IMG/VR virus record: IMGVR_UViG_3300037264_007739
Span: 9,098 to 73,097 of that record
Reading direction: 5' to 3' (one strand)
Length of the DNA stretch: 64,000 nt
DNA from: a virus
Position numbers and translations under genes: made by a program. This document shows, piece after piece, positions 1-9,957 of this stretch. Numbering within the stretch: position 1 is the stretch's first letter; each line of letters opens with the position of its first letter. A model generated the notes under the pieces. That model saw only the letters and a list, made by a program, of their open reading frames with translations, did no database searches and had not been told where the DNA came from.

Positions 1-1
1 G

Positions 2-1192
2 CGTGAAGCAGCCGAACATGCGCCGGCCGCACTGAGCTTTCTTCGTGGAGTTCAAGGTCTTATGCCGGGACTCGAACCAAGTGAGCAAGGCAATCTCGAA
101 GCACGAACAAATCAACTTATTAGTCAGGCGATAAGCGCCTCGGCTTACGGTTTCGACCCGAACCAGGCGATCGATATCATGTCGCGTGTCCAGCGGACCC
201 GTGGAGGTTGGCAAGACACACAAGGCATGCGCAACGCACAACATCAGGCGCTCGTCTTAAACCGCGCGTTTAATGTTGCGCCTGAGACCGTAGGCCAGAT
301 CGAGTTCGCACGCCGTCGTGGCGGTGTCGCGAACGCGCACCTTGCTGACCCATTCACGCTGACTGAATCAGCTATCGGTCTTGGCTTCCAAGGACAAGAA
401 GAGGTCAGCGGTTTCCTCCAACGTCAAGCTGGGCTCCAGACGCGTGCGCGTGAACAAGGGACATTCTTCCAACGGGCCCCGTTCGAGAATATGCTCGAGA
501 GTTTCTCGCCCGCAGTTGGACAATTCCAGGCCGAGAGCCTCGCGACAGGTTTCACTGGCGCGCTCCAGAACATTGCGACGCGGGGCATTGCTGGTGCGCC
601 AAGTCCTGAGACGGGGCTCATGATGCTTCAGGCGTTTGGCGGGCTTCAACTCCCGCAGCGCGGTGGTGTGAGTGCCCAGGATATCTGGGATGCACAGCAA
701 CGAATCGAGGCTGGAAAGTTCGATCCACAAGCGTCGATGGCGATGCTAGGTCGGTCCATCCGCGGGGCTGCTGGCGGTTCCGCCGGACTTGCGCGTGTCA
801 TGACACAACAATTTCTTGGTGCGTTTGGAATGTCGCAAGGGCCAGGGAATATCGAATCGCTTTTTGCTGGCGGTCCTGCCGGACCGATGGCGATGGACAT
901 CGCTGGGACAATCACAAGTACAGCCGAAGCTCAGCGTGAGCTCGCAGCGCTCCGTGCGGGTGGAGGACTCGAGGGACGTGCAGGTCTGAAAGGCATTACG
1001 CTGCCACAGGTTGGTATGGCAGCAGGCGTTGAAGCTACTACTATCGCGGCAGGACTTTTGGCGATGCCTGGTTGGCAAGAGCTCAATCAGGCGTGGGCGG
1101 ATATGGCGAAGGAAGTTGCTGAGTGGGCCTCGACTATCGATAGGCTAAAGGCGCTGCCTCCAGCAGTCATCAAGCTCATGTTGGGGCATTGA
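2..1192 (+). CDS. Tape-measure-like tail protein, C-terminal part (frame is open to the window start)
   Basis: Ala/Gly/Gln-rich helical ORF directly upstream of baseplate hub and spike genes; no stop in frame from position 2. Confidence 0.55.
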   Translation, partial: REAAEHAPAALSFLRGVQGLMPGLEPSEQGNLEARTNQLISQAISASAYGFDPNQAIDIMSRVQRTRGGWQDTQGMRNAQHQALVLNRAFNVAPETVGQIEFARRRGGVANAHLADPFTLTESAIGLGFQGQEEVSGFLQRQAGLQTRAREQGTFFQRAPFENMLESFSPAVGQFQAESLATGFTGALQNIATRGIAGAPSPETGLMMLQAFGGLQLPQRGGVSAQDIWDAQQRIEAGKFDPQASMAMLGRSIRGAAGGSAGLARVMTQQFLGAFGMSQGPGNIESLFAGGPAGPMAMDIAGTITSTAEAQRELAALRAGGGLEGRAGLKGITLPQVGMAAGVEATTIAAGLLAMPGWQELNQAWADMAKEVAEWASTIDRLKALPPAVIKLMLGH

Positions 1193-1193
1193 T

Positions 1194-2849
1194 ATGGCAG
1201 AGTCTGTCGCCAAACAAGGCTTCCAGGGTTCTGAGACCTCGCGCGTCGAGATCACTGCGTACAGCTTTGGTGATGAATCTGGTCTCTCGCGCAGCCTGAT
1301 TACGCACAGCGTGGCCTTCTCGGATGCGGGCGTGCCGCCTAGTAATGAGAAGATCGACTTTTTCGGGAAGCGACAGCACACCGAGGGTGTGCCGTATATT
1401 TCGCGCGTCACGACATCGAAGCAGTTGGGCGCGCCAGCAGGCATCTTCTCGTTTGACGTCAAGGCTGATGGAATTGGCCGCGCCGCCGTAGCAGCGCTCG
1501 CTGACGATGATTGGGTCGACATCGTTATGACTCGGCACGGCGTCAAAACGCATGTCATGAGGGGCCAGATCGAGGACATTCGGCTGGAGTCCGTCGTGGT
1601 GGGCACCGGAGCCACTTCTGATATCATCCGCGTCTCTGGACGAGACTTTGGCCGCATCTTCGAGCTCACGCCGATCTGGTTCGATATCCTCACCGATGGC
1701 GCGCTAGGCGCAGGCGCGACGGCACGTGTGCTCGAGGCGAACAACGCGTTCTTCGCGGATCCGGCGACAACGGTAGAGTCGATCCTTTCTGGCTTTCTTC
1801 GCGAGCTCTCGAACGTCGGCCGATCGCATTGGGAGATCCCACCGTCGCTTCAGAACATCCAACGCGTCGGCGGGGGCAGTGCAGCGTTCATCGACAACGC
1901 CTGCTTCTTCGACCGGGACTTCATCAACCACCCGGCACGGGCGAACACGCTTGGACCGTCAATCTACTCGATCAACAACCAGAGCGTTTGGAACTTCGCG
2001 CTTCAGTGGGCGGACCTCGGGCTCTGCGAGATCTACACTGATCTGCTCAGTGCGCCGCTCGATATCTTTTTTCGTAGACGGACGCAAGCGAAGTTCGGTG
2101 TGGCATCAGACCGCATCGATTATGCGCCGCCGAACAACGACCTCGAACATCCTGTCGAGCTCACACCGGCGGATTCGATCATGGCAGTGGTCTTCCGGGA
2201 CAGGCCGTTTCCGTCGGACACGTTCGTCGATCGGAGCAATATCGCGCTCGCAATCGAGAAGTGCGCGTGGTTCAATCGGCTCCCGCTGGTCACCGTTCCT
2301 CGTCAACACGTTACGAGCCGATCAGTTGGACGGAGCGGGGCGGAGCGGCGGAACGCCTTCTTCGTCAAACCGCGTCTCTACCATGAGCTCGCAGGCAGCT
2401 ACTTCGATTTCAACCGTCCGCTCTTTCACACAGATGACATGAAACGGCACGGCATGCGCCGTATGGACACAACCTTCGTCTACACCCGCGGCGCCGACGA
2501 CAAGAACCTCGCGCTCGCGGAGACGTACAAGCGGCGCATGCGCGATTATCACTGCATGAATCACCTATTCTACAACGGGACGATCACGCTTGGTTACGGA
2601 CGTCCTGACATAAGAATCGGGACGCGCTTTCGGATCTCGAACGGAGATGAGGAGACGCAGGAGACCTACTACGTCGAGTCGGTCAACCACGAGTGGACAT
2701 TGCGCGCTGGCCTTCGTACATCACTTGGTGTCTCCCGCGGCTGGGTCGGCTCTGACGGCTCGCTCGTTGATCAGTTGCGTGAGACTGTCCAGAGATACTT
2801 CCGCGTCTCCGAGACAGCCGAGGTCGAGACGGACGAGGCTGTAGCCTAG
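1194..2849 (+). CDS. Baseplate hub / tail protein (gpD/gp27-like)
   Basis: 551 aa; 'IIRVSGRDFGRIF' and C-terminal 'GTITLGYGRPDIRIGTRF...YYVESVNHEW...TSLGVSRG' typical of hub proteins; gene position. Confidence 0.7.
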   Translation: MAESVAKQGFQGSETSRVEITAYSFGDESGLSRSLITHSVAFSDAGVPPSNEKIDFFGKRQHTEGVPYISRVTTSKQLGAPAGIFSFDVKADGIGRAAVAALADDDWVDIVMTRHGVKTHVMRGQIEDIRLESVVVGTGATSDIIRVSGRDFGRIFELTPIWFDILTDGALGAGATARVLEANNAFFADPATTVESILSGFLRELSNVGRSHWEIPPSLQNIQRVGGGSAAFIDNACFFDRDFINHPARANTLGPSIYSINNQSVWNFALQWADLGLCEIYTDLLSAPLDIFFRRRTQAKFGVASDRIDYAPPNNDLEHPVELTPADSIMAVVFRDRPFPSDTFVDRSNIALAIEKCAWFNRLPLVTVPRQHVTSRSVGRSGAERRNAFFVKPRLYHELAGSYFDFNRPLFHTDDMKRHGMRRMDTTFVYTRGADDKNLALAETYKRRMRDYHCMNHLFYNGTITLGYGRPDIRIGTRFRISNGDEETQETYYVESVNHEWTLRAGLRTSLGVSRGWVGSDGSLVDQLRETVQRYFRVSETAEVETDEAVA

Positions 2850-2857
2850 GTGATGAC

Positions 2858-4108
2858 ATGAGCATGAAGGAGTACGTCGCGGCGCTCATGGATCATGGGG
2901 CGGTATCGCAGTCATCAATGCCGAAGATCCCAACAGATTCACTACGCGGTACGGCTGGGTATGCCATCCGCGGTGTCGTGCTGGCGACGTATTTCGTCGA
3001 TGACAAAGAGACGATCCCGAAGCCACAAGACAACGTTCCGACAGGGAATCGAAATCTGACCGGCGAAATCTTCTCGATGCCTGCGGACGGCTCTATTCAT
3101 ATGTACTGCGACGTCCTCGCGTACTCTAGCATAGACGGGGGCCTGGTCTGGAGGATCCCGCGTGCGCTCGTCGCGCAACCTGGTGGCGGGATGCACACAG
3201 GCGCTGTCTGGGTTCCGCGGCCGACGTCATTTCGCATCGACGGACAGATCCTCGACACCGATCGCCTCGGGACGATCAACCCCGGTATTCTGGACGGCGA
3301 CCATGTCCTCGTCGCGTTCATGGACGGTGATGAGCGCCTTCCCGTGATCATCGGGAGCGTGCCGCATCCGAGCAGGGACATCGGCAATGAGGAGAAGGAC
3401 CAGACGAGCACGCTCCCCGAGTCCGTGAAGGCGCAGTCGACACGACTCAAGAAGGCCGACGGGTTCCCGCGGCTGATGAAGCATCACGGCGTCGTGTGGG
3501 GCGTCGACAAGGAGGGGAATTATGTCATCGACGCGACCCGTGCGCATGCGGGCAAGCTCGACGACAAGGGCCGGGAGCCGAAGCTGCCGTCCGACCCGCC
3601 GACGAGCTCGAACGTCGACGTCCCAGCGACGAGCGGGAACATCAACATCAAGCTCCGTGCAGGGCTGAAGGCGCGTATCTCGGTCAGCACCGACCCGGTC
3701 AAGCCGACCGATCCTGCGACGGAGGAGGCGTTCTTCGAGCTCGAGGACGGCATCGTCACGATCGCGGTGAAGAACAAGAGCGCGGGCGGGACGCCGACGC
3801 TGGTCAAGATCGAGGACAACAAGGTCACCGTCACGACGCAGGGTGGTGCTGGCATCGAGGTCACCGACAAGGATGGAAGCGCGAAGCTCAAGATCGGCGA
3901 TGGTGCGATGCACGCGGCGATCGTCGAGCATCTCGAAGCGATGTGGAACCGCTTCATGAACGATAAGCTCACGCCGTGGAACGCGCAGGGCGCAACGGGC
4001 ACGACGTTCGTCACGGCGCTGGGTCCGGCGTTCCAGGTCGTGCCGCTCATGCCTGAGCCGTGGGACCCGACGATCAACTCTACGAAGGTCTCCCTCCCTG
4101 ACGGCTAG
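2858..4108 (+). CDS. Baseplate central spike (gpV/gp45-like)
   Basis: 'GDHVLVAFMDGDERLPVIIG' OB-fold signature followed by a beta-strand-rich C-terminus. Confidence 0.7.
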   Translation: MSMKEYVAALMDHGAVSQSSMPKIPTDSLRGTAGYAIRGVVLATYFVDDKETIPKPQDNVPTGNRNLTGEIFSMPADGSIHMYCDVLAYSSIDGGLVWRIPRALVAQPGGGMHTGAVWVPRPTSFRIDGQILDTDRLGTINPGILDGDHVLVAFMDGDERLPVIIGSVPHPSRDIGNEEKDQTSTLPESVKAQSTRLKKADGFPRLMKHHGVVWGVDKEGNYVIDATRAHAGKLDDKGREPKLPSDPPTSSNVDVPATSGNINIKLRAGLKARISVSTDPVKPTDPATEEAFFELEDGIVTIAVKNKSAGGTPTLVKIEDNKVTVTTQGGAGIEVTDKDGSAKLKIGDGAMHAAIVEHLEAMWNRFMNDKLTPWNAQGATGTTFVTALGPAFQVVPLMPEPWDPTINSTKVSLPDG

Positions 4109-4115
4109 ATGACAT

Positions 4116-4667
4116 ATGCCGCTGAACGTTCTCACGTTGACGACCGAGCTCCGGAAGTTCATGGACCCAGACTTCGACGAGTTCGTCACGAACGACCCAG
4201 CGTTGTTCGACCCGGTCGTCTTTCCAACACCAGAAGAACGGCTCGATGAGCATGCGCGGCTTCTCAAGGACGACGCGCAGTACAAGGCGGATCGGTGGAC
4301 GACGGCTTATGACACATATATGGGCGAGATCTCACTGCCGGCGCCGCCGACGAACGCCCCTGCGGCAGAGGTGGCACTCAACGGCGCGCTCGTCGCGTAC
4401 TTCAGCATCCCGAAGACGCCGATCAGCGTCGTCACCGATCTCATCGGTTTCGTCGCGACGTTCCCGATCTACACCAACCTGCTCGTGTTCCCGAACTTTG
4501 CGCCTGGGACGCCGCCGATCCCGCCAACGGGGCCGATCCTCCCCCCGCTTGCCGTGCCAGCACCAGCAGCAGGCATTTGCGCGGCCATGGCAGCCGCCTT
4601 TCACGCCTGGACCATCACGAACAACCGAGTTCCTATTCCACCCGGCCCGCCCGTCCCGTTCGCATGA
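4116..4667 (+). CDS. Pro-rich hypothetical virion protein following the spike
   Basis: 183-aa ORF tightly packed in the structural operon. Confidence 0.55.
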   Translation: MPLNVLTLTTELRKFMDPDFDEFVTNDPALFDPVVFPTPEERLDEHARLLKDDAQYKADRWTTAYDTYMGEISLPAPPTNAPAAEVALNGALVAYFSIPKTPISVVTDLIGFVATFPIYTNLLVFPNFAPGTPPIPPTGPILPPLAVPAPAAGICAAMAAAFHAWTITNNRVPIPPGPPVPFA

Positions 4668-4728
4668 ACGCCGGGCTTTCCAGAGAGCGGCAAGTCGAGC
4701 AAGATGGCGCCACTCGTGAGGTGATGCA

Positions 4729-6612
4729 GTGGCGGTATCGATTATCGACATCGCGAAGGAGAAGGCACGTCAGGAGAGCGGTGACGACAAGAAGTTCTTC
4801 AAGTCGTTCGTCTACTTCTTCGAGCTCGATGTCCCTGCGGAGGCCCTTGAGGGTGTCTTAGGAGCCGCAGGTGGTGTCACATCGATGCTCTTCCCGTTGA
4901 TGTTGAATCCACAGAGCATCTCGGTTTCGGAGCCCTACGCCCTGACCGTGACGCCAACTGTCGACGGTGGTCTCTTCCTCGAAGAGAACGGCGTCCTCGC
5001 GCGGACTATCACCATCGAAGGACACACCGGCTTCAAGCCACGCCCTATGCGTGGATCAGGTGTGGCCCTCTCTGAGTTCTTCAAGACCGACGTCCTTTCA
5101 TTTGACCGGCGTGGGGTATTTTCGCCGCTTGCGCTCTCGGGACAGCGACACTTCCAATTTCTCCAGGATCGCGTCTTTAGGACATATGCAGAGCTCAAGC
5201 GTGACCCGGCGACGTCGCGGCTCACGAGACTTGCTTTTCACAACGTCAAGGACGACGAGCACTGGTTGGTCGCGCCGATTCGTTTCGATATGCGGCGCAA
5301 TGCTGCCGACTCGCGCTTCACGTATCGATACTCGATTGAGCTGCTCGCCTACAACATCGCGAAGAAGCGCGAGGATGAGTTCGTCACCGAGGACAAGAGC
5401 TGGCTCGACAAGATCAAGGATACGATCCAGGACATCAAGAACACCGTCGATTCGATTATCGCGGTTATCGAGGACGTACAACAGTTTGTGCGGGAGCTCG
5501 AACAACTTGTCACCGGGGTCATCTCACTCCTCAACAAGGTCAGCGAAATCCTGAATGCCGCAGTCGACTTCATCAGTGGTGTCGCCGACTTTATCGCCGC
5601 GCCGTTTCAGGCACTCATTGATGTCGTTCGCGGACTCGATGAGACGATCGAGCGCATGATCGCGCTACCCGATCAGTTTCGAGATACGATCACGCATACG
5701 TTCCGGCAATTGGGGGACGCCCTCCTTAATTTCGGCGCCCACAAGGATGTGTTCGCTTCGCCCGCGCAGCAAAGAATTGCCAAGCTCAATTCATTGAGCA
5801 CGATCGGTACGTCAACGAGCGACACGGCGCTCGCCGATGCCGAAGCTAACCCACCCAAGACGCTGCGCGCTACCGGCAAACTTGGAACGAAGCCCATGCC
5901 TGGCGATCGTATCCGCGCCGATGCTTCACGCGGGGCGACGCGTGCGCCCGCGTTCTCGAGCGCTATCGAGTACGTTGTCAGCTCGACGGACACTCTTCAA
6001 AGCCTTGCAGCGCGCTTCCTCGGCGGCGCGAAAAACTGGCGTCTCATTGCCGCGCTCAATGATCTCGCTCCGCCGTACATCTCGGAGAGCCCGTTGCCTC
6101 GGACGGTTCGACCGGGCGGGCATATCTTGATCCCCTCGCGCGCTCGTGCGCCGCTTGCGAGTCCGAACGCCGCCGTTCTTGGTGCGACACGTGAGGTCTC
6201 ACTTGCTGAGCGGGTTCTCGGCGTTGATCTTCGCCTCGATCCCGTTGAGGGCACGCGCGATCAGTATGATCTCGTCCTCGATCCCGCATCGGGTGGGACG
6301 GACGTCAAGCTGATAAAGGGCGTCAACAATCTCAAGCAGGCCATACGCACACGCATGATCACGGAGCAGGGGTCGAATGTGTTATACCGCCGCCTGGGGC
6401 ACAAGCGCCTCATTGGGATTGGGATCCCATCTGTGGAGGATGAAGTGGTCAGACTCAGGCTCAGAGAGGCGATCGCGGCCGACCCGCGGATCGCAAACGT
6501 TGGTGCTGTACGGTTCAATGAGCCAGCTTCGCCTGACACCATCGACGTCGAGATCGACGCGACAGTGCGTGGTCTGAACGAACCGATCACTGTGTCGGCG
6601 GGTATTTCGTAG
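4729..6612 (+). CDS. Multidomain baseplate protein: tube-initiator-like N-terminus, helical linker, LysM domain, gp25/gpW-like C-terminus
   Basis: LysM 'YVVSSTDTLQSLAARFLG...WRLIAALN...PGGHILIP'; gp25-like 'GVNNLKQAIRTRMITEQG...AIAADPRI'. Confidence 0.7.
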   Translation: MAVSIIDIAKEKARQESGDDKKFFKSFVYFFELDVPAEALEGVLGAAGGVTSMLFPLMLNPQSISVSEPYALTVTPTVDGGLFLEENGVLARTITIEGHTGFKPRPMRGSGVALSEFFKTDVLSFDRRGVFSPLALSGQRHFQFLQDRVFRTYAELKRDPATSRLTRLAFHNVKDDEHWLVAPIRFDMRRNAADSRFTYRYSIELLAYNIAKKREDEFVTEDKSWLDKIKDTIQDIKNTVDSIIAVIEDVQQFVRELEQLVTGVISLLNKVSEILNAAVDFISGVADFIAAPFQALIDVVRGLDETIERMIALPDQFRDTITHTFRQLGDALLNFGAHKDVFASPAQQRIAKLNSLSTIGTSTSDTALADAEANPPKTLRATGKLGTKPMPGDRIRADASRGATRAPAFSSAIEYVVSSTDTLQSLAARFLGGAKNWRLIAALNDLAPPYISESPLPRTVRPGGHILIPSRARAPLASPNAAVLGATREVSLAERVLGVDLRLDPVEGTRDQYDLVLDPASGGTDVKLIKGVNNLKQAIRTRMITEQGSNVLYRRLGHKRLIGIGIPSVEDEVVRLRLREAIAADPRIANVGAVRFNEPASPDTIDVEIDATVRGLNEPITVSAGIS

Positions 6613-6624
6613 GGAGAAAAGGCC

Positions 6625-8040
6625 GTGCCGACGCTACAGCTCCTTAGCCAAGAGCAGGTCCTCCAAAGAATGGCGACGCGTGTCATCGCGCGCACTAATC
6701 TCACGGATCTCATTGACTCGTCGGCGATGAAGCAGATCCTCGCGGCGTTCGCGCGCGAGATCGACGACGTTTACTTTCAGCTCACACGACTGAACGACCT
6801 GTATGACCTTCGACGCGCTGCGGGCGACGATCTCGACGCCCGCGCCAAAGAGATTCAGCCAGGGACGCTGCGCCGACTTGGTGCGCTCAAAGCCATTGGG
6901 CAGATCGTCTTCTCGCGGTCCTCGAACACGCTCACGACGATCACGATCCCTGCTGGGACGGTGGTGAAGACCGCTGACGGCGTCTCGTTTACGACGACTG
7001 AGCAGACGCAGATCACGGCGACGTCGCCGCAGCAGATCGCAGGCCACGGAGTGGGGCGGGATTCGTCTGCGGTATCAGCTACGGCGAACACAGCAGGAGT
7101 GGCTGGCAATGTCGGGACGGGCGCGGTTGTTGCGTTCTCGTCGAAGCCACCCGGCATCACCGAAGTCACGAACGTTACGGCCTTTTCACAGGGGCGCGAG
7201 ATCGAGACCGATGACGAATTTCGTGCTCGGATCCTCGATTACGTCGCCTCGCTCTCGCGCTGCACGGTCGAGGCGCTCGAGTTCCTGGTCCTGAACGTCA
7301 CCGATGATGTGAGCGGCAAACGCGTCGTCTTCAGCCACGTCTTCGAGGACCCGATCGACCGCGGCAACGTCATCATCTATATCGATGACGGCGCCGGGAC
7401 CGCGGCGACGTTCGGGACGGCGATCGTAAACGAGATCGTGCTCGCACTGGCCCTCGGCGGTGAAGAGTTCCTGTTCGTCGACTCGAAGCCGATCGCGATG
7501 TCGCAAGGCTTCACGCTGACGCTCAAGCGTGGTGTCACGACGTACGCGCTGATCTCGGGCACCGATTATTACGTGAACCCGGCGAGCGGTCTTCTCTTCG
7601 TCCCCGCTCCCGGACTCGGTGGGATCATTGCCGGTGATGAAATCAGAGCTTCGTACACGCCGTTCACTGGGCTCATCCCCGTGGTGCAGAAGGTCGTCGA
7701 CGGCGACCCAGCAGACCGGCTCAATTTCCCTGGTTTTCGCGCTGCGGGTGTGCTCGTTCGCGTGCTCGCGCCGCAGGTTGTCTCGTTTTCGATTACGGCG
7801 GTGTTCACCATCCTCGATGGCTTCGATCACGATACGGTCGTCGACGCCGCAGAGACAGCAGTGCAGGACTATGTGAACAATCTCGGGATCTCCGGAGATG
7901 TCATCCGGTCGGAGCTCATCGAGCGGATCATGGAAGTCGACGGAGTCTACGACGTGAATCTGACAGCGCCGGCAGGCAATATCACTATCCTCGACGATCA
8001 GATCGCGCGGATCGCCATCGCGAACATCAATATCAGTTAA
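6625..8040 (+). CDS. Baseplate J-like wedge protein
   Basis: 'AAGDDLDARA', 'TIPAGTVV', 'GVAGNV', 'GREIETDDEFRARI', 'VDGVYDV' motifs. Confidence 0.9.
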   Translation: MPTLQLLSQEQVLQRMATRVIARTNLTDLIDSSAMKQILAAFAREIDDVYFQLTRLNDLYDLRRAAGDDLDARAKEIQPGTLRRLGALKAIGQIVFSRSSNTLTTITIPAGTVVKTADGVSFTTTEQTQITATSPQQIAGHGVGRDSSAVSATANTAGVAGNVGTGAVVAFSSKPPGITEVTNVTAFSQGREIETDDEFRARILDYVASLSRCTVEALEFLVLNVTDDVSGKRVVFSHVFEDPIDRGNVIIYIDDGAGTAATFGTAIVNEIVLALALGGEEFLFVDSKPIAMSQGFTLTLKRGVTTYALISGTDYYVNPASGLLFVPAPGLGGIIAGDEIRASYTPFTGLIPVVQKVVDGDPADRLNFPGFRAAGVLVRVLAPQVVSFSITAVFTILDGFDHDTVVDAAETAVQDYVNNLGISGDVIRSELIERIMEVDGVYDVNLTAPAGNITILDDQIARIAIANINIS

Positions 8041-8056
8041 TTGAGGAGTAATTTCG

Positions 8057-9094
8057 ATGATTCCTGTCAAAACTTGGTACGTCGACACGAACGTCATTCC
8101 GTCTGGAGCGAGCGCGATCGACGCCGCGACTTCACTCGCCCAGTACCAGCGAATAGTCTTGAATCGAAAGCTCTTCGTGACAGGCGCGGCCTTCTACGAG
8201 GACGGCGTGCGCGTGCCAGACGGCAGCGGTGCGGCAGGTGCGTGGCCCGTCATTAGCAGCTCTGATGGAGTGACGGCTGGCGCAGGGGACCGCTGGTTGA
8301 CGCCCGCGAACATCATCCAAGCGGCGGGAGCGCGCTCGTGGATCGTGCTGCGTTCGCCTGCCGGTTGGCTCCCAGGCGGCGCGTACGTCGAGATGCTCAT
8401 CGATGTCGTCACGTCGGCCGGGACATCAGAAGGCGTCACTATCTCAGTCGCGCCGAGCTCGAATCCCTTTGCGATCTCCGTGCTGCCTGCAACACCGCCG
8501 GCCTTACCGGCGAATGGCGTCGCGCTCGGTACGCATCAGATCTCCGAGTACACAGCGCCCGCTGACCATAAGGGCCACTTTTGGCGAAACAGTGAAGGCG
8601 ACGTCATCTTGACGTCGTCGCGCAACGGAAGTGGAAACTTCGGCTCGTACATCAAATCATTGCAAGGTGAGAGCGGTGAGAGCATCTCGATCTATCCATG
8701 CACTATAAATATGGGCCATACCTCCTTACTCGGGGCGAGCGCACTAATATACCAAAATCTTCAAGCCCCTGGGTCGACGGCGGGATGGTCCATCGACAAC
8801 ACACCACGTGACGCCATCATCTGTTTTCCGTCTTCCATTACGGCGGGCCTGCCCGCGACAACCGGCTACGGAACTTCGGGCGGCCTTTCGGGACGGAACC
8901 CGAACATGCCCATCGATCTCTTTCAGCTCGACCCGATTCTAGGGCTCTACCACGGCCGCGTGCCGGACGTACGATATGGGTCAAACTTCCAAGCAAACTT
9001 GACGCTCGAGTCCACGGCGGACGCCTTCAAGCGTATGAACGTCGGGCAGCTCGTCTTGTTCAAGCACGATTCAGACGCGTTGCCGTCTTTGTGA
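8057..9094 (+). CDS. Hypothetical tail-associated protein
   Basis: 345-aa ORF with GAGGAG RBS, in the structural operon. Confidence 0.6.
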   Translation: MIPVKTWYVDTNVIPSGASAIDAATSLAQYQRIVLNRKLFVTGAAFYEDGVRVPDGSGAAGAWPVISSSDGVTAGAGDRWLTPANIIQAAGARSWIVLRSPAGWLPGGAYVEMLIDVVTSAGTSEGVTISVAPSSNPFAISVLPATPPALPANGVALGTHQISEYTAPADHKGHFWRNSEGDVILTSSRNGSGNFGSYIKSLQGESGESISIYPCTINMGHTSLLGASALIYQNLQAPGSTAGWSIDNTPRDAIICFPSSITAGLPATTGYGTSGGLSGRNPNMPIDLFQLDPILGLYHGRVPDVRYGSNFQANLTLESTADAFKRMNVGQLVLFKHDSDALPSL

Positions 9095-9102
9095 GGTAAA
9101 CG

Positions 9103-9219
9103 ATGGTCTTCTTTTCAGTCCCCGATGAACCAAGCAGCCCGCTCTTCGTAGAGCGAGGACAGGCCATGGGCGACCTCGAAGAGTGCTTCTTCGTCATCGC
9201 CCTACAGCCAGCGAATTAG
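9103..9219 (+). CDS. Small hypothetical protein (38 aa, MVFFSVPDEP...)
   Basis: GAGGT RBS then ATG; fills the gap between ORFs; not in the ORF track. Confidence 0.45.
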   Translation: MVFFSVPDEPSSPLFVERGQAMGDLEECFFVIALQPAN

Positions 9220-9231
9220 GTCGAGGTTTTT

Positions 9232-9435
9232 ATGGCGTGGAATGGGAATCAGAAGGTGCACTCGAGTGGCGCGGTCGCTGATGTCGAGCAGGCGCCGGCT
9301 GGTCTGTGGTGCTACATCATTCGGAAGACGAACGCGCCCGCGTACAAGGCAGCGGACCGCGACTTCGATACGGATGCAGACGCGAGGGACGCGGTCGATG
9401 CGTTCCTCTTGGAGAGACACGGCGCGGTTGACTGA
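9232..9435 (+). CDS. Small hypothetical protein
   Basis: GAGG RBS; stop overlaps the next start. Confidence 0.55.
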   Translation: MAWNGNQKVHSSGAVADVEQAPAGLWCYIIRKTNAPAYKAADRDFDTDADARDAVDAFLLERHGAVD

Positions 9436-9947
9436 TGCCGAGTCTCGAGTACATCGCAGTACCGGTCGAACCGAGTGAGGCGCTCTTTTTTGAGCGCGCA
9501 CGCGGGACGATTACGTTCTGTGCGCCAGCTCCGCCGCCGCCTCCACCGATAAGCGTGTCTCCATCTATCGTGCAGCGCGACGGCGGCTACAGTGTCACGT
9601 TGGTTGGCGGCGTTTTGATCCCGGACGGCACTTATATCGTGCATGTCGGTCCGCTTGGAACTGAGGAAGACCCAGACTGCTATTCGGGTATTGAAGGCTC
9701 CGGATCGGTTACTCCTTTTGAAGACGGTTCGGCCTCTATTGTGATCCCACCGCTTCCGGTCGGTGGCCCGTATGCGTTCACGTTGCGCCGTCTCACGGGT
9801 TCAGGTGATCCACTCATAATGACCGACCCCATTCTAACGGTGACTCCACAACATTTCCGCAGCGGCACATTTCGGCTAAGACGCTATCTGATGCCGTGGA
9901 TGCGGATTGGTAACCGTTCGCTGGATCAAGTGAGGTTCCCGCAATAG
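9435..9947 (+). CDS. Ig/IPT-TIG-like virion protein
   Basis: 'ISVSPS...GGYSVTLVG...VIPPLPVGGPY' pattern of IPT/TIG domains. Confidence 0.5.
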   Translation: MPSLEYIAVPVEPSEALFFERARGTITFCAPAPPPPPPISVSPSIVQRDGGYSVTLVGGVLIPDGTYIVHVGPLGTEEDPDCYSGIEGSGSVTPFEDGSASIVIPPLPVGGPYAFTLRRLTGSGDPLIMTDPILTVTPQHFRSGTFRLRRYLMPWMRIGNRSLDQVRFPQ

Positions 9948-9957
9948 GGAAGAATAT

